From assembly GCA_001303415.1 (NCBI GenBank), contig LJTN01000006.1, forward strand, positions 19,759 to 83,758: 64,000 bases of DNA. The letters run 5' to 3'. Source of the DNA: Myxococcales bacterium SG8_38 (GTDB lineage Bacteria; Myxococcota_A; Polyangia; Polyangiales; Houyiibacteriaceae). Every line of letters starts with the position of its first letter. The stretch's first letter is position 1. Both the position numbers and the translations under genes were made by a program. Shown here piece by piece: positions 10,253-19,723 of this stretch. The notes below the pieces were generated by a model. It did no database searches and had not been told where the DNA came from. It worked only from the letters and a program-made list of their open reading frames with translations.

Positions 10253-11137
10253 ATGAACGAAGGCATCGCGCAAACGGCCACGATTGGCGTGATTGGAGAT
10301 GTTCATCTGTTCTGGGACGGCCAGGACGTCTCGTTCTTCAATGACGGCGGCTACGACCTGCTGCTCTTCGTGGGAGATCTCGCCGGCTACACGCAGCTAC
10401 GCGGACTGCGCGTCGCGAGGTCGCTTCAGAAGCTGCGGATTCCGGCGATGTGCATACCGGGCAATCACGACGGGTTGCACGCGTTTCAGCTGGGGGCGGA
10501 GATCACGCCCCGAGCGCATCGGCTGCGAAACGTGCTTTCCCTCGGCCAGGCCAGCCGATGCCGTAGCCTCGACCGCGCATTGGGCCATGTCGAGCTCGTC
10601 GCGTACTGCCGCCGGCGGCTGACTCTCGGAGGAGTTCCGCTCAACATCGTCGTCGGCAGGCCGCATTCGATCGGTGGGCGGCGCTTGGCGTGCATCCGGT
10701 ACTTGGCGGAGCACTACGGCATCGATTCCATGGAGGCCTCGGCGGCTCGATTGCGGTCGCTGGTCGATGCGTGTGACGCCGCTCCCATCCTGTTCTTGGC
10801 GCACAACGGACCCTCGGGGCTCGGAGAGCGGGCGAGCTCGATTTGGGGATGCGATTTTCGCAAGAAGGAGGAGGACTGGGGTGACCGCGATCTAGAGGAC
10901 GCGGTGCGACACGCCAGGGGCAACGGCCGCAGCGTGCTCGCGGCAGTCGCGGGCCACATGCACCGAAAGACCAAGTCCGGGAAGCTGCGTCCTGGTCAGA
11001 TCGAAAAAGACGGCGTGCTCTACGTGAACGCGGCCGAGGTGCCCAGGCACCGACACATCGACGGCCGCAAGAGACGCCACCACGTGAAGCTCACGGTGAC
11101 GGAGACAACGGCAAACGCCGAAGACGTGTGGGTGTAA
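10253..11137 (+). CDS. Metallophosphoesterase family protein
   Basis: 'IGVIGDVH', 'LLLFVGDL', 'PGNHD' and 'GHMH' calcineurin-like motifs. Confidence 0.75.
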   Translation: MNEGIAQTATIGVIGDVHLFWDGQDVSFFNDGGYDLLLFVGDLAGYTQLRGLRVARSLQKLRIPAMCIPGNHDGLHAFQLGAEITPRAHRLRNVLSLGQASRCRSLDRALGHVELVAYCRRRLTLGGVPLNIVVGRPHSIGGRRLACIRYLAEHYGIDSMEASAARLRSLVDACDAAPILFLAHNGPSGLGERASSIWGCDFRKKEEDWGDRDLEDAVRHARGNGRSVLAAVAGHMHRKTKSGKLRPGQIEKDGVLYVNAAEVPRHRHIDGRKRRHHVKLTVTETTANAEDVWV

Positions 11138-11141
11138 GACC

Positions 11142-11326
11142 GGGCTCGGAAAAACGCGACACGGGGTTCCACGGAACGCGGCGGCTTGCATAGGTGGGCC
11201 GATGCACTTGGGGGCTTTGCCCACGCAAGCCGCCGCTCGGGCGGCGCGCCAATCGGAGGTGGTTGCACGCATGCCGATTGGCACTTCGCACGTCCGCTCC
11301 ACCCCATGTCGCGTTTTTCCGAGCCC
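11142..11326. repeat. 185-nt structured element: 26-bp terminal inverted repeats (1 mismatch) enclosing two internal hairpins
   Basis: 11142-11167 GGGCTCGGAAAAACGCGACACGGGGT pairs with 11301-11326 ACCCCATGTCGCGTTTTTCCGAGCCC. Internal pairs are GCGGCGGCTTGC (11178-89) / GCAAGCCGCCGC (11225-36) and GCCAATCGG / CCGATTGGC. Confidence 0.7.
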
Positions 11327-11467
11327 TCCGTACGCTGCCTTGTACGGAGGAGGACGGGGCGCGACAAGCTGGCACTGTCGCCGACCCTGACACTGCCACT
11401 GATCCTGTCGCTGACCGCAGCTCAACGTGCAGGTCGGCTTGAGACCGCGGTTCGCAATCCGAGGGGG

Positions 11468-11953
11468 TCAGGGGAGCTTGGTTTTGCCCTTTGCTAGCTG
11501 CAGAACCCTCTTGAAGTGCGGCTTTTCGACGGGCTGTATGGACAGGCGGGAACCCTTTTGCGTGACTCGCATGCCTTCGAGCTTCGGATCGTCTTTCATG
11601 GCTTGGAGGGAGACCAGGTCCGGGAACTTCTCCACGAATTCGACGTCGACCATCCACCAGCGCGGAGACTCTTTGCTGGCCTTCGGATCGTAGTACTCGC
11701 TGTTCCCGTCGAACTGGGTGTGGTCGGGGTAAGCCTTCCGGCACACGCGGCACACGCCCGCCGCGCCGGGAGGCTTCGCGCTCGAGTGGTAAAAGATCGC
11801 GAGGTCGCCAACCGCCATGTCCCGCATGTGATTGCGCGCTTGGTAGTTGCGCACTCCGTCCCAAGACTGTGATCCATCTCGCTTCAAATCGTCGATCGAG
11901 TAGACATCCGGCTCGCTCTTCATGAGCCAGAGCTTGACGGCTCGCTTCGGCAT
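11468..11953 (-). CDS. EVE (PUA-like) domain protein
   Basis: 'KLWLMKSEPDVYSIDDL...WDGVRNYQARNHMRDM...GDLAIFYHS' is the EVE signature. The start could be 11953 or 11983. Confidence 0.75.
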   Translation of the reverse strand: MPKRAVKLWLMKSEPDVYSIDDLKRDGSQSWDGVRNYQARNHMRDMAVGDLAIFYHSSAKPPGAAGVCRVCRKAYPDHTQFDGNSEYYDPKASKESPRWWMVDVEFVEKFPDLVSLQAMKDDPKLEGMRVTQKGSRLSIQPVEKPHFKRVLQLAKGKTKLP

Positions 11954-13877
11954 TTGGGGACTATGGCACGAAATGAAGCTCATCTTCGACGCAGATTTGA
12001 CCGCGCTCGGGCGCTCGTTCGATCATGGCCCGGCCGTGCGTTCGAACCTCACGAAGGGAATGCTGGCGGGTGTCCCGCCCTTGCTCCTCTACGTAGGCAC
12101 GGCGTCGGGCTACGCGCATTGGTTCGATAGCGGCGAGTTCGTCGCGGTGGCTGCGGATTTCGGAGTCTCGCATCCCCCCGGCCAGCCTCTCGCCAGCATC
12201 GTGCTCGGTGCGGCGAACCTGCTCCCGGTCGGTGCGCTTTCGTTTCGTGTGGCGGTGATCTGCGCTCTGCTCGGCGCTGTCGGGGCCGTTTCCTTGTGTT
12301 TTGCGCTCGAGCACACGCTTCGGGCCGGCAATGTCGTTCGCGACAATCTCCGCTACCCCATCGCGCTCGGCGCGACGTGGTGGGTCGCGGGGAGCCAGGC
12401 GTGGTGGTTTCAAGCGGTTCGCCCCGAGGTTTACGCCCTGCAGGCCGCGCTGATGTGCCTCGCGATTGAGCGTCTGTTGCGGGCTTGCCGATCGGGGCCC
12501 GAAGAGGACGTGCGGCCGCTCTATCAATCCGCGCTCGCCCTCGGGTTGGCCTTAGCCAATCATCACTACCTCGCGGTGCTGGGCGCCTTGCCTTCCGCCT
12601 GGCTGCTCGCGGGAATCTGGCGAAAGCGGGGGTGGAGGCCCTTCGCTTGGTCGACGGGGTTCGTGGGCGCCGGTCTGTTGACCTATGCCTACCTGCCTCT
12701 TCGAGCATGGTCGGAGCCGTTCTTGAACCTGGGAGACCCTTCGACACCGGGGCGCTTCTTCTGGGTCATCACCGCGCAGGCTTTTCAGAAGAGCATCTCA
12801 CCGGATGCGCCTGCGCCTTTCGGCGAGCGGCTCGCCGACGTCCTCGTCGTGACGGCCGAGGATCTGCACGTCGCGCTGTTGGCCGTCGCATTGCTCGGTG
12901 CGTATTTCATGGTGCGGGTCCGCTCCGCCCGAAAATACGCGCTCTTTTGGATCTCGTCGTGGATCGTCTACGTCTTCGGACGCGCAGCGATCGGCTTCAT
13001 CCACGGCAACCCCGACGCGATCGCCTATTTCATGCTGTCCTATGCGTCCTTGGCCGCCTTTGCCGCCTTTGCCATGGGAGTCTTGCTCTCGGCCCTGGCC
13101 GAAGCGACCCCAAGGAGGCCCCGCCTTGCCCCGGCCCTCGCTGCAGCGCTCGCGGTCGGAGCTTCCTTCCAGGCCGTCCGTTCGTGGGATGCATCGTCGT
13201 TGGCCGGCTTCATCGACACCGACGTTTTCGATGACGGCTTGCGGCGCTCGCTTCCACCGCACGCCGTCGTCCTCGCGCACAACCCGCAGACGATCTTTCG
13301 CTACTGGGGAGGCGAGGCCGAGGAGCTCAGCCGCCCCGATGTGACCTTGATACCGCTTCCGCTCTTGACCTACCCGAAGCTGGTCGATCGCTTCGTCACT
13401 GCCGATCCCGAGCTCACGCCGCTCCTCCGGAGCTACGTTCTCGACGGAGCGCTGAGCGCGACGGAGCTGCAGAGCCTCGCCACGCTCCGCCCGGTCTACG
13501 TCGAGATGGATGTTCGCGTCGAGCCGGCGTTGATGGACTTGCTCGTCCCCGATCATTTGTACCATCGGGTCCTGACCGCAGATGCGACCGCTCTCGACGA
13601 GGTCTCTGCGATCCGCGCGCATGCCATGCTTTGGGGAGACATCTATCAGCGCATCGGCCAGCCCATCGAGACACACACCAAGACGCAACTGCTATGGCGT
13701 CACTACGTGGACTCCCTCTATTTCGCCGCCATTGGTGCCACCGACGCCGCATTGCGCACCGTCGACGCAGGGTTGGCCCTGAACCCGCACGCCCGCGAGC
13801 TCTTGATGATGCGCGACGTGCTGCGGCAAGCCGAACCCGGGGAGCGGCTCGACATCAGTCGCTTCGTCGTGCGTTGA
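11922..13877 (+). CDS. DUF2723-type polytopic membrane protein (GT-C glycosyl/mannosyltransferase-like)
   Basis: 'DSGEFVAVAADFGVSHPPGQPL' motif and about 10 TM helices followed by a soluble C-terminal domain. The start is uncertain (11922 or 11973). Confidence 0.65.
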   Translation: MSQSLTARFGIWGLWHEMKLIFDADLTALGRSFDHGPAVRSNLTKGMLAGVPPLLLYVGTASGYAHWFDSGEFVAVAADFGVSHPPGQPLASIVLGAANLLPVGALSFRVAVICALLGAVGAVSLCFALEHTLRAGNVVRDNLRYPIALGATWWVAGSQAWWFQAVRPEVYALQAALMCLAIERLLRACRSGPEEDVRPLYQSALALGLALANHHYLAVLGALPSAWLLAGIWRKRGWRPFAWSTGFVGAGLLTYAYLPLRAWSEPFLNLGDPSTPGRFFWVITAQAFQKSISPDAPAPFGERLADVLVVTAEDLHVALLAVALLGAYFMVRVRSARKYALFWISSWIVYVFGRAAIGFIHGNPDAIAYFMLSYASLAAFAAFAMGVLLSALAEATPRRPRLAPALAAALAVGASFQAVRSWDASSLAGFIDTDVFDDGLRRSLPPHAVVLAHNPQTIFRYWGGEAEELSRPDVTLIPLPLLTYPKLVDRFVTADPELTPLLRSYVLDGALSATELQSLATLRPVYVEMDVRVEPALMDLLVPDHLYHRVLTADATALDEVSAIRAHAMLWGDIYQRIGQPIETHTKTQLLWRHYVDSLYFAAIGATDAALRTVDAGLALNPHARELLMMRDVLRQAEPGERLDISRFVVR

Positions 13878-13885
13878 ATCGAGCG

Positions 13886-14371
13886 CTAGCGTGCGCGGCG
13901 CTCGGCCCGTCGCGCTCGTCGATAGACCTCGTAGAGGCTCTGGCGCACCTCTGGAGGAACGCTTTGTCGCAAGTCGATCTTCCAGGCACCATCCTGCTTC
14001 ACGAGGACGATCGGTTGGATCTCGGCAGAGCTGGGCGCCACTTGGATTCGGGCGGTTTCCTCTTCGATCTCGACCTTCAGCTCGTCCTTGGCCGCCACGA
14101 GCTGGCCGAACACGAATCCGCCGAGCGCATGATCGTGCTCGCCTTGCCACTCCAAAAAACAGCTCCGAAAAAGGTTGGCGTCGAGCAGGTCGAAACGTTC
14201 CCGTGCCTGCAAGCGACGGCGCGCCTCTTCTTGAGAGATGTCTTTGACGCCATACGCGGCAAAGAGCGAATCCACCGTGGCGCGCGGCGATTCGAAGCCC
14301 ATCGGCGCTTGCTCCGGCTTGCAGGACGCCAGAGCCAACAACACGCACAGGGCAGGGATCATGGAGCGCAC
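13886..14371 (-). CDS. Hypothetical lipoprotein
   Basis: Lipobox 'LLALASC'. No family recognised. Confidence 0.5.
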   Translation of the reverse strand: MRSMIPALCVLLALASCKPEQAPMGFESPRATVDSLFAAYGVKDISQEEARRRLQARERFDLLDANLFRSCFLEWQGEHDHALGGFVFGQLVAAKDELKVEIEEETARIQVAPSSAEIQPIVLVKQDGAWKIDLRQSVPPEVRQSLYEVYRRARRAERRAR

Positions 14372-14447
14372 GGCTCTGTTATTGCTTCGTTTTCGCGGCC
14401 TGTCGAACTATTGACGTCACCCGAGCAGTGCTTAATTTGCGCGCCAA

Positions 14448-17054
14448 ATGAGACTCGACCGACTCACCACAAAGACCCGCGAAGCTCTGGTCGCGGCGCA
14501 GCAAAACGCGAGTGATCGCGGCAATCCCGAGCTGTACCCCGAGCACCTGATGCTCGAGCTCCTCGGCCAAGCCGAAGGGCTCGCACCCGCGATCATGGAA
14601 AAGGCTGGCGCGAATCTCCAGGGTCTCATCCGGGCGATGGGCGCGGTTCTTGACCGGATGCCCAAGGTGGCCGGGGGCGCCGAGCCCGGTCTTTCGTCTC
14701 GTCTGCGCGACCTGCTCAAGAACGCCTGGAAAGAAACCGAAGCGCTGAAGGACGAGTACACGTCCGCCGAGCACGTGCTGCTCGCGGCCTACAGCGACGC
14801 GCAGCTGAAGAAGGCGATCGAAGCGCAAGGCGTCACTCGCTCGAAGCTTCTGGAAGCCGTCCAGCAGGTGCGCGGGAGCCAGCGAGTCACCGATCCGGAT
14901 CCGGAAGGGAAGTTTCAGGCCCTCGAGAAGTACACCCGCGATCTGACCGAAGCCGCGCGGCAGGGAAAGACCGACCCGGTGATCGGGCGCGACGAGGAGA
15001 TCCGGCGGGTGATGCAGGTCCTCTCGCGCCGGACGAAGAATAACCCGGTCCTCATCGGCGAGCCCGGTGTCGGAAAGACGGCGATTGCCGAGGGCATCGC
15101 TCACCGCATCGTCCAGGGAGACGTGCCCGAAGGACTGAAGAACAAGAAGCTTCTTGCGCTCGACCTCGGCGCGATGGTGGCGGGCTCGAAATACCGTGGC
15201 GAGTTCGAGGAACGCCTGAAGGCCGTTCTAAGCGAGATCGAATCCGCCAAAGGCGAGATCATTCTCTTCATCGACGAGCTGCATACCTTGGTCGGGGCCG
15301 GCGCTGCCGAGGGCTCCATGGATGCCAGCAACATGCTCAAGCCAGCCTTAGCCCGTGGGGAGCTGCGCTGCATCGGCGCGACGACGCTCGACGAATACCG
15401 CAAGCACATCGAAAAGGACGCAGCGCTCGCACGGCGTTTTCAGCCCGTATTTGCAGGAGAGCCTTCGGTGAACGACACCATCGGCATCCTGAGAGGATTG
15501 AAGGAGCGCTACGAGATCCACCATGGGATTCGCATTCAGGATTCGGCGATCGTCGCGGCGGCGACGCTGAGCCATCGCTACATCACGGACCGCTTCCTGC
15601 CCGACAAGGCAATCGACCTCGTCGACGAGGCGGCTTCGCGATTGAAAATGGAGATCGACTCGCTTCCCGCTCCGATTGACACGGTGGAACGCAAGGTGAC
15701 GCAACTCGAAATCGAGCGCGAAGCCCTGAAGAAGGAAAAGGACGAGGCGAGCAAGAAGCGCCTCGCAGATCTCGAGAAGGAGCTTTCGGACCTTCAAGAG
15801 CAGCGAGTCGCCATGCGCGCGCAGTGGCTCCGCGAGAAGGAGCTGATCACGGAGATTCGAGAGAAGAAGGAGCTGGTCGAGAGCTTGCGCCTCGACCTCG
15901 AGCGCGCGGAGCGCACCACCGACTACGAGAAGGCCGCGCGACTGCAGTACGGCGAAATTCCGGCTGCCGAGGCGGCCGTGGCCGAGGCGCAGAAGAAGCT
16001 CGCCGAGGTGCAGGCACAAGCGTCTTTCCTGAAGGAAGAAGTCACCGACGAAGACATCGCTGAGGTGGTCTCCAAGTGGACCGGCATTCCCGTCAGCAAG
16101 ATGCTCGAGGGTGAAAAGGAGAAGCTCCTTCACATGGAAGAGCGGCTTCGGGAGCGCGTCATCGGCCAAGACGAGGCGGTCGTGGCCGTATCGAACGCCG
16201 TTCGGCGCTCGCGGGCCGGACTGAGCGAGCCCAATCGTCCCATTGGATCGTTCCTTTTCCTCGGACCGACCGGCGTCGGAAAGACCGAGCTTGCTCGCGC
16301 GCTCGCCGAGTTTCTGTTCGACGACGACAAGGCGATGATCCGGCTCGACATGAGCGAGTACATGGAAAAGCACGCCGTCGCGCGGCTCATCGGCGCGCCT
16401 CCCGGATACGTCGGTTACGAGGAGGGCGGCCAGCTGACCGAGCCCATTCGGCGCCGGCCGTACTCGGTGATTCTCTTCGACGAGGTGGAAAAGGCGCATC
16501 CGGACGTGTGGAACGTCCTGCTGCAGGTTCTCGACGACGGCCGTTTGACCGACGGCCAGGGCCGCACGGTCGACTTCAAGAACGTCGTCATCATCATGAC
16601 TTCGAACGTCGGCTCCCATCACATCATGGCGCTCGACGACGACGCGATGATTCGAAAGTCCGTGATGGAGGACCTGCGCGATGCCTTCCGGCCGGAGTTC
16701 CTCAACCGGCTCGACGAAACCATCATCTTCCACCGGCTCGACCGCGCACAGCTTCGCCAGATCGTCGAGGTCCAGCTCCGCAACTTCGAGAAGCGGCTCG
16801 CAGACCGGGAGCTCAGGCTCGAGATCACCGAAGCAGCCAAGGACTTCTTGGCCAACGTGGGCTACGACCCGACGTACGGCGCACGGCCGCTCAAGCGTGC
16901 CATCCAGCGCTATCTCGAAAACGGCCTGGCCGAGGACATCCTCGCCGGCCGCTTCACCACGGGGGACACGATCCGAGTCGACGTGGGCGAGGGTGAGCTG
17001 GTGTTCGAGCCGGCGGCCGGACCGAGCGGGCAGGAAGCTCGCTTCAGCGCCTGA
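14448..17054 (+). CDS. clpB: ATP-dependent chaperone/disaggregase ClpB
   Basis: 'MRLDRLT' N-terminus, two AAA+ modules ([16 protein letters not shown]) and a long coiled-coil M-domain. Length 868 aa. Confidence 0.97.
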   Translation: MRLDRLTTKTREALVAAQQNASDRGNPELYPEHLMLELLGQAEGLAPAIMEKAGANLQGLIRAMGAVLDRMPKVAGGAEPGLSSRLRDLLKNAWKETEALKDEYTSAEHVLLAAYSDAQLKKAIEAQGVTRSKLLEAVQQVRGSQRVTDPDPEGKFQALEKYTRDLTEAARQGKTDPVIGRDEEIRRVMQVLSRRTKNNPVLIGEPGVGKTAIAEGIAHRIVQGDVPEGLKNKKLLALDLGAMVAGSKYRGEFEERLKAVLSEIESAKGEIILFIDELHTLVGAGAAEGSMDASNMLKPALARGELRCIGATTLDEYRKHIEKDAALARRFQPVFAGEPSVNDTIGILRGLKERYEIHHGIRIQDSAIVAAATLSHRYITDRFLPDKAIDLVDEAASRLKMEIDSLPAPIDTVERKVTQLEIEREALKKEKDEASKKRLADLEKELSDLQEQRVAMRAQWLREKELITEIREKKELVESLRLDLERAERTTDYEKAARLQYGEIPAAEAAVAEAQKKLAEVQAQASFLKEEVTDEDIAEVVSKWTGIPVSKMLEGEKEKLLHMEERLRERVIGQDEAVVAVSNAVRRSRAGLSEPNRPIGSFLFLGPTGVGKTELARALAEFLFDDDKAMIRLDMSEYMEKHAVARLIGAPPGYVGYEEGGQLTEPIRRRPYSVILFDEVEKAHPDVWNVLLQVLDDGRLTDGQGRTVDFKNVVIIMTSNVGSHHIMALDDDAMIRKSVMEDLRDAFRPEFLNRLDETIIFHRLDRAQLRQIVEVQLRNFEKRLADRELRLEITEAAKDFLANVGYDPTYGARPLKRAIQRYLENGLAEDILAGRFTTGDTIRVDVGEGELVFEPAAGPSGQEARFSA

Positions 17055-17170
17055 TAACCGCGTGATTGCAGTGGCTTGCCTTGGGAGCGCTCCCCCGCAT
17101 GGGATCTCCTTGCGTCCTCGGGCACACTGTGTAAGCCTCCGGCCCTTCTTGGAAGGGAGCGCAATCGTTC

Positions 17171-17398
17171 ATGGTCGAGACCGTACAGTGTAAGCCAATC
17201 GAAGTTCACGTCGGAGAGCGTGGGCTCGAGCGCGCGGTCAAGCACCTGAAGCGCAAGATGGCCACAGAGGGCATCCTTCGCGAGCTCAAGCGGCGCCGTC
17301 ATTACATGAAGCCCTCCATCAAGAAGCGAAAGAAGGCCGCCGAGGCCGCGCGGCGCCGGCGTAAGCGCGTCCGCCAGATGAACGAGCGCTCGTTCTGA
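17171..17398 (+). CDS. rpsU: 30S ribosomal protein S21
   Basis: 75 aa, highly basic. 'LERAVKHLKRKMATEGILRELKRRRHYMKPS' matches the S21 pattern. Confidence 0.85.
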   Translation: MVETVQCKPIEVHVGERGLERAVKHLKRKMATEGILRELKRRRHYMKPSIKKRKKAAEAARRRRKRVRQMNERSF

Positions 17399-17404
17399 GC
17401 CACG

Positions 17405-17431
17405 GCCTCCGAGTTACCTCGGAGGCTTTTT
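17405..17431 (+). terminator. Rho-independent terminator after rpsU (hairpin overlaps the pfp stop codon)
   Basis: GCCTCCGAG-TTAC-CTCGGAGGC followed by TTTTT. Confidence 0.7.
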
Positions 17432-18754
17432 GGTTTCTGGCTCCAACCGGAGACCGGGGCTCCACGCGAAGCGTCGCCCTGTTTGCGTCTCGAGGAATCG
17501 GGCCAGTCGGTGGAAGTCGCTTCCAGGCTCGATCAACCGCACCTCGGTTTGCAGAGTCTGAGGATTGATCAGCTTCGAGAACTCGACGTACTGCAACTGC
17601 AGTTGCCCGATGACGCTGACCATGTGGCCGTCTAACCCCTCCTCGACCAGCGCGCGAAAGGCCCCGATACCGAGCTGGCTTCCGAGCATCACGTCAAACG
17701 CGTGCGGTGGCGAGCACCGTGACTCGTATCCCAGCTGGATGTGTCGGACTTTCTTGCGCCGCCCCGTGCGTTCCTCGTACCGCGTCTGCACGCGATCCGA
17801 GACGACCTTGGCGAGGTCGAACGAGCTCAGCCGAAGATGGCCGTGCTCGTCTCGCGGCATCCCATCCACGGTGTTTTCGGGAAGAAGCTCGGCGAGCCCC
17901 TCAGCCAGGACCACCGTCCCATAGTACTGTTGGCGCTTCTCACGCTCGAGGATCAAATCGACGATGCGATCGACGAGGGCGGTCATCGAGAGCCGATACT
18001 CGACCTTCTCTTCACCGGTGACCGAATCGAGCTGTCTCTCTGTGACCGCCAGATCATCGTGTACGTCCTCGGTGGAGACGACCATGCTCGCCTCCCCGGC
18101 AATTGCAACGCCATACGAGAGCCAACCCGCCTTGCGTCCCATCGTCTCGACGATGAAGTAGCTACTCGTTGCGATGCAATCGGCGCGCAGATTCAAGAGC
18201 TCCTTGGCCATGACGTCGACCGCTGTGAAGAATCCGAACGTGAAGTCGATTCCCCGGTAATCGTTGTCGATCGTCTTCGGCAGGTGGACGATTCGGAAGC
18301 GGTTGTCCTCGGAGACGTGGTGTCTCTGGTACTCGTAGAGAAAGTTGGCCGTCTTGAGCGTGTCGTCGCCGCCGATCGAAATCAGCGCATCGACGCTCAG
18401 GTCCCGAAGAGCATGATGAATTCTGGCTAGCCGCTCCGTCCTCTGAGGATCGAGCAAGTCCGAGGGACGCTCCACGCCGGCGCCCGGGTTCACGCGCGCC
18501 GTTCCGATGATGATCCCGCGGGTGTTTCGGATTCCTCGGATATCTTCCGGCGTCAGCACACGGTAGTGCTCGGACTCGGTCATGGGATGGGCGACCGGGT
18601 CGTACTCCTGAAGATTGGTGTACCCGTGAAAGATCCCGAGCACCTCCGCACCGGCCTCCAAGAACGAGGTCGCTGCAGCCGCAATCACCGCGTTCGCCGC
18701 GGGCGCCGGACCACCCGAGAAAACGATCGCAACTCGTTTCAATGCTTTGGCCAC
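17414..18754 (-). CDS. pfp: 6-phosphofructokinase, probably pyrophosphate-dependent type
   Basis: PFK family blocks 'GGDDTLKTA', 'PKTIDND' and 'MGRKAGWL'. GGDD instead of GGDG is associated with PPi dependence. Confidence 0.8.
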   Translation of the reverse strand: MAKALKRVAIVFSGGPAPAANAVIAAAATSFLEAGAEVLGIFHGYTNLQEYDPVAHPMTESEHYRVLTPEDIRGIRNTRGIIIGTARVNPGAGVERPSDLLDPQRTERLARIHHALRDLSVDALISIGGDDTLKTANFLYEYQRHHVSEDNRFRIVHLPKTIDNDYRGIDFTFGFFTAVDVMAKELLNLRADCIATSSYFIVETMGRKAGWLSYGVAIAGEASMVVSTEDVHDDLAVTERQLDSVTGEEKVEYRLSMTALVDRIVDLILEREKRQQYYGTVVLAEGLAELLPENTVDGMPRDEHGHLRLSSFDLAKVVSDRVQTRYEERTGRRKKVRHIQLGYESRCSPPHAFDVMLGSQLGIGAFRALVEEGLDGHMVSVIGQLQLQYVEFSKLINPQTLQTEVRLIEPGSDFHRLARFLETQTGRRFAWSPGLRLEPETKKPPR

Positions 18755-18824
18755 GCCGAACTCTAAGCTTCAGCGCGCCGGATTGCCATCCGCTCCGGTA
18801 GGCGCTCTACTCGAGGCCGTCGTC

Positions 18825-19664
18825 ATGGGTATCGACCCGCACAGCTTGGGCTACGAGACCTCGCCGATCGAGTTTCGCTATACGTGGCGCGACACCGTGT
18901 TGTACGCGCTCGGGGTTGGAGCTTCTCCCGACACGGAGCTCGATTACCTCTACGAGGGTCGGGGCCCCAAAGTCCTACCGACGTTTTGCACGGTTCCAAC
19001 GTTTGCCGCATTCGACAGGCTCGTCGATCGGATCGGATGCGACCGCCTCGGAATGGTGCATCACAGCCAACGCGTAGATTTGTACAAGCCGCTTCGCCCC
19101 GACGCGCGGCTCGAGGTCGTGGGACGGGTCGCCGGCCTCTACGACTTGAAACGAATCGCGATGTCGGTGTTCGTCATCGAGGCCTACGATGAAGAGGGCG
19201 ACCGGATCATTCGGGGCGAGGTCACATTGGTCCTGCGGAACGACGGTGACTTCGGCGGTGAGCGACCGCCTCGAAGCGAACGCCTCGAGATTCCAGAGCG
19301 TGAGCCCGACTTCGAGGTGCGAGAGCGCATCCCAACTGCACAAGCCCTGCTGTATCGCCTGAGCGGCGACTACAACCCGTTGCATGCCGATCCGGAGTTC
19401 GCGGCGCGGGCTGGGTTCGACAAGCCCCTGCTCCACGGATTGTGCACCCTCGGGTACGCAGGACGTGCCGTCTTGAGAGCTCGTTGCGAGGGCGTACCTT
19501 CGGCGCTGGCCACGCTACGCGGACAGTTCAGTAGCCCGGTGTACCCGGGCGACACGTTGATTGTGCGTGGCTGGGACGAGGGCGCGCGCGTGGTATTGGC
19601 GGTGACGACCGAAGAGCGGCCCGACGAGCTATGCATGAGCAACGCCTACGCCGTGTTGCGGTGA
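18825..19664 (+). CDS. MaoC-like (R)-specific enoyl-CoA hydratase / double hot-dog dehydratase
   Basis: 'SGDYNPLHADPEFAARAGFDKPLLHGLC' is the MaoC signature. Start trimmed to 'MGIDPHS'. Confidence 0.75.
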   Translation: MGIDPHSLGYETSPIEFRYTWRDTVLYALGVGASPDTELDYLYEGRGPKVLPTFCTVPTFAAFDRLVDRIGCDRLGMVHHSQRVDLYKPLRPDARLEVVGRVAGLYDLKRIAMSVFVIEAYDEEGDRIIRGEVTLVLRNDGDFGGERPPRSERLEIPEREPDFEVRERIPTAQALLYRLSGDYNPLHADPEFAARAGFDKPLLHGLCTLGYAGRAVLRARCEGVPSALATLRGQFSSPVYPGDTLIVRGWDEGARVVLAVTTEERPDELCMSNAYAVLR

Positions 19665-19723
19665 AGCGCTCTCATGCGCGATTTCGTCTTGCAGAGACCG
19701 CGATCCCTACCCAGGGTTCTGGG

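Noticed and set aside
11091-11864. 257-aa minus-strand ORF and several 60-115-aa ORFs covering the 11142-11350 structured region
   Set aside because: They overlap the EVE gene out of frame and read straight through long perfect palindromes. They show no coding-like composition, so the region is better explained as non-coding structure.
17080-17100. Perfect 12-nt palindrome GGGAGCGCTCCC after clpB as a terminator
   Set aside because: It has no loop and no T-tract. At best it would form a 4-bp stem, which is insufficient evidence.
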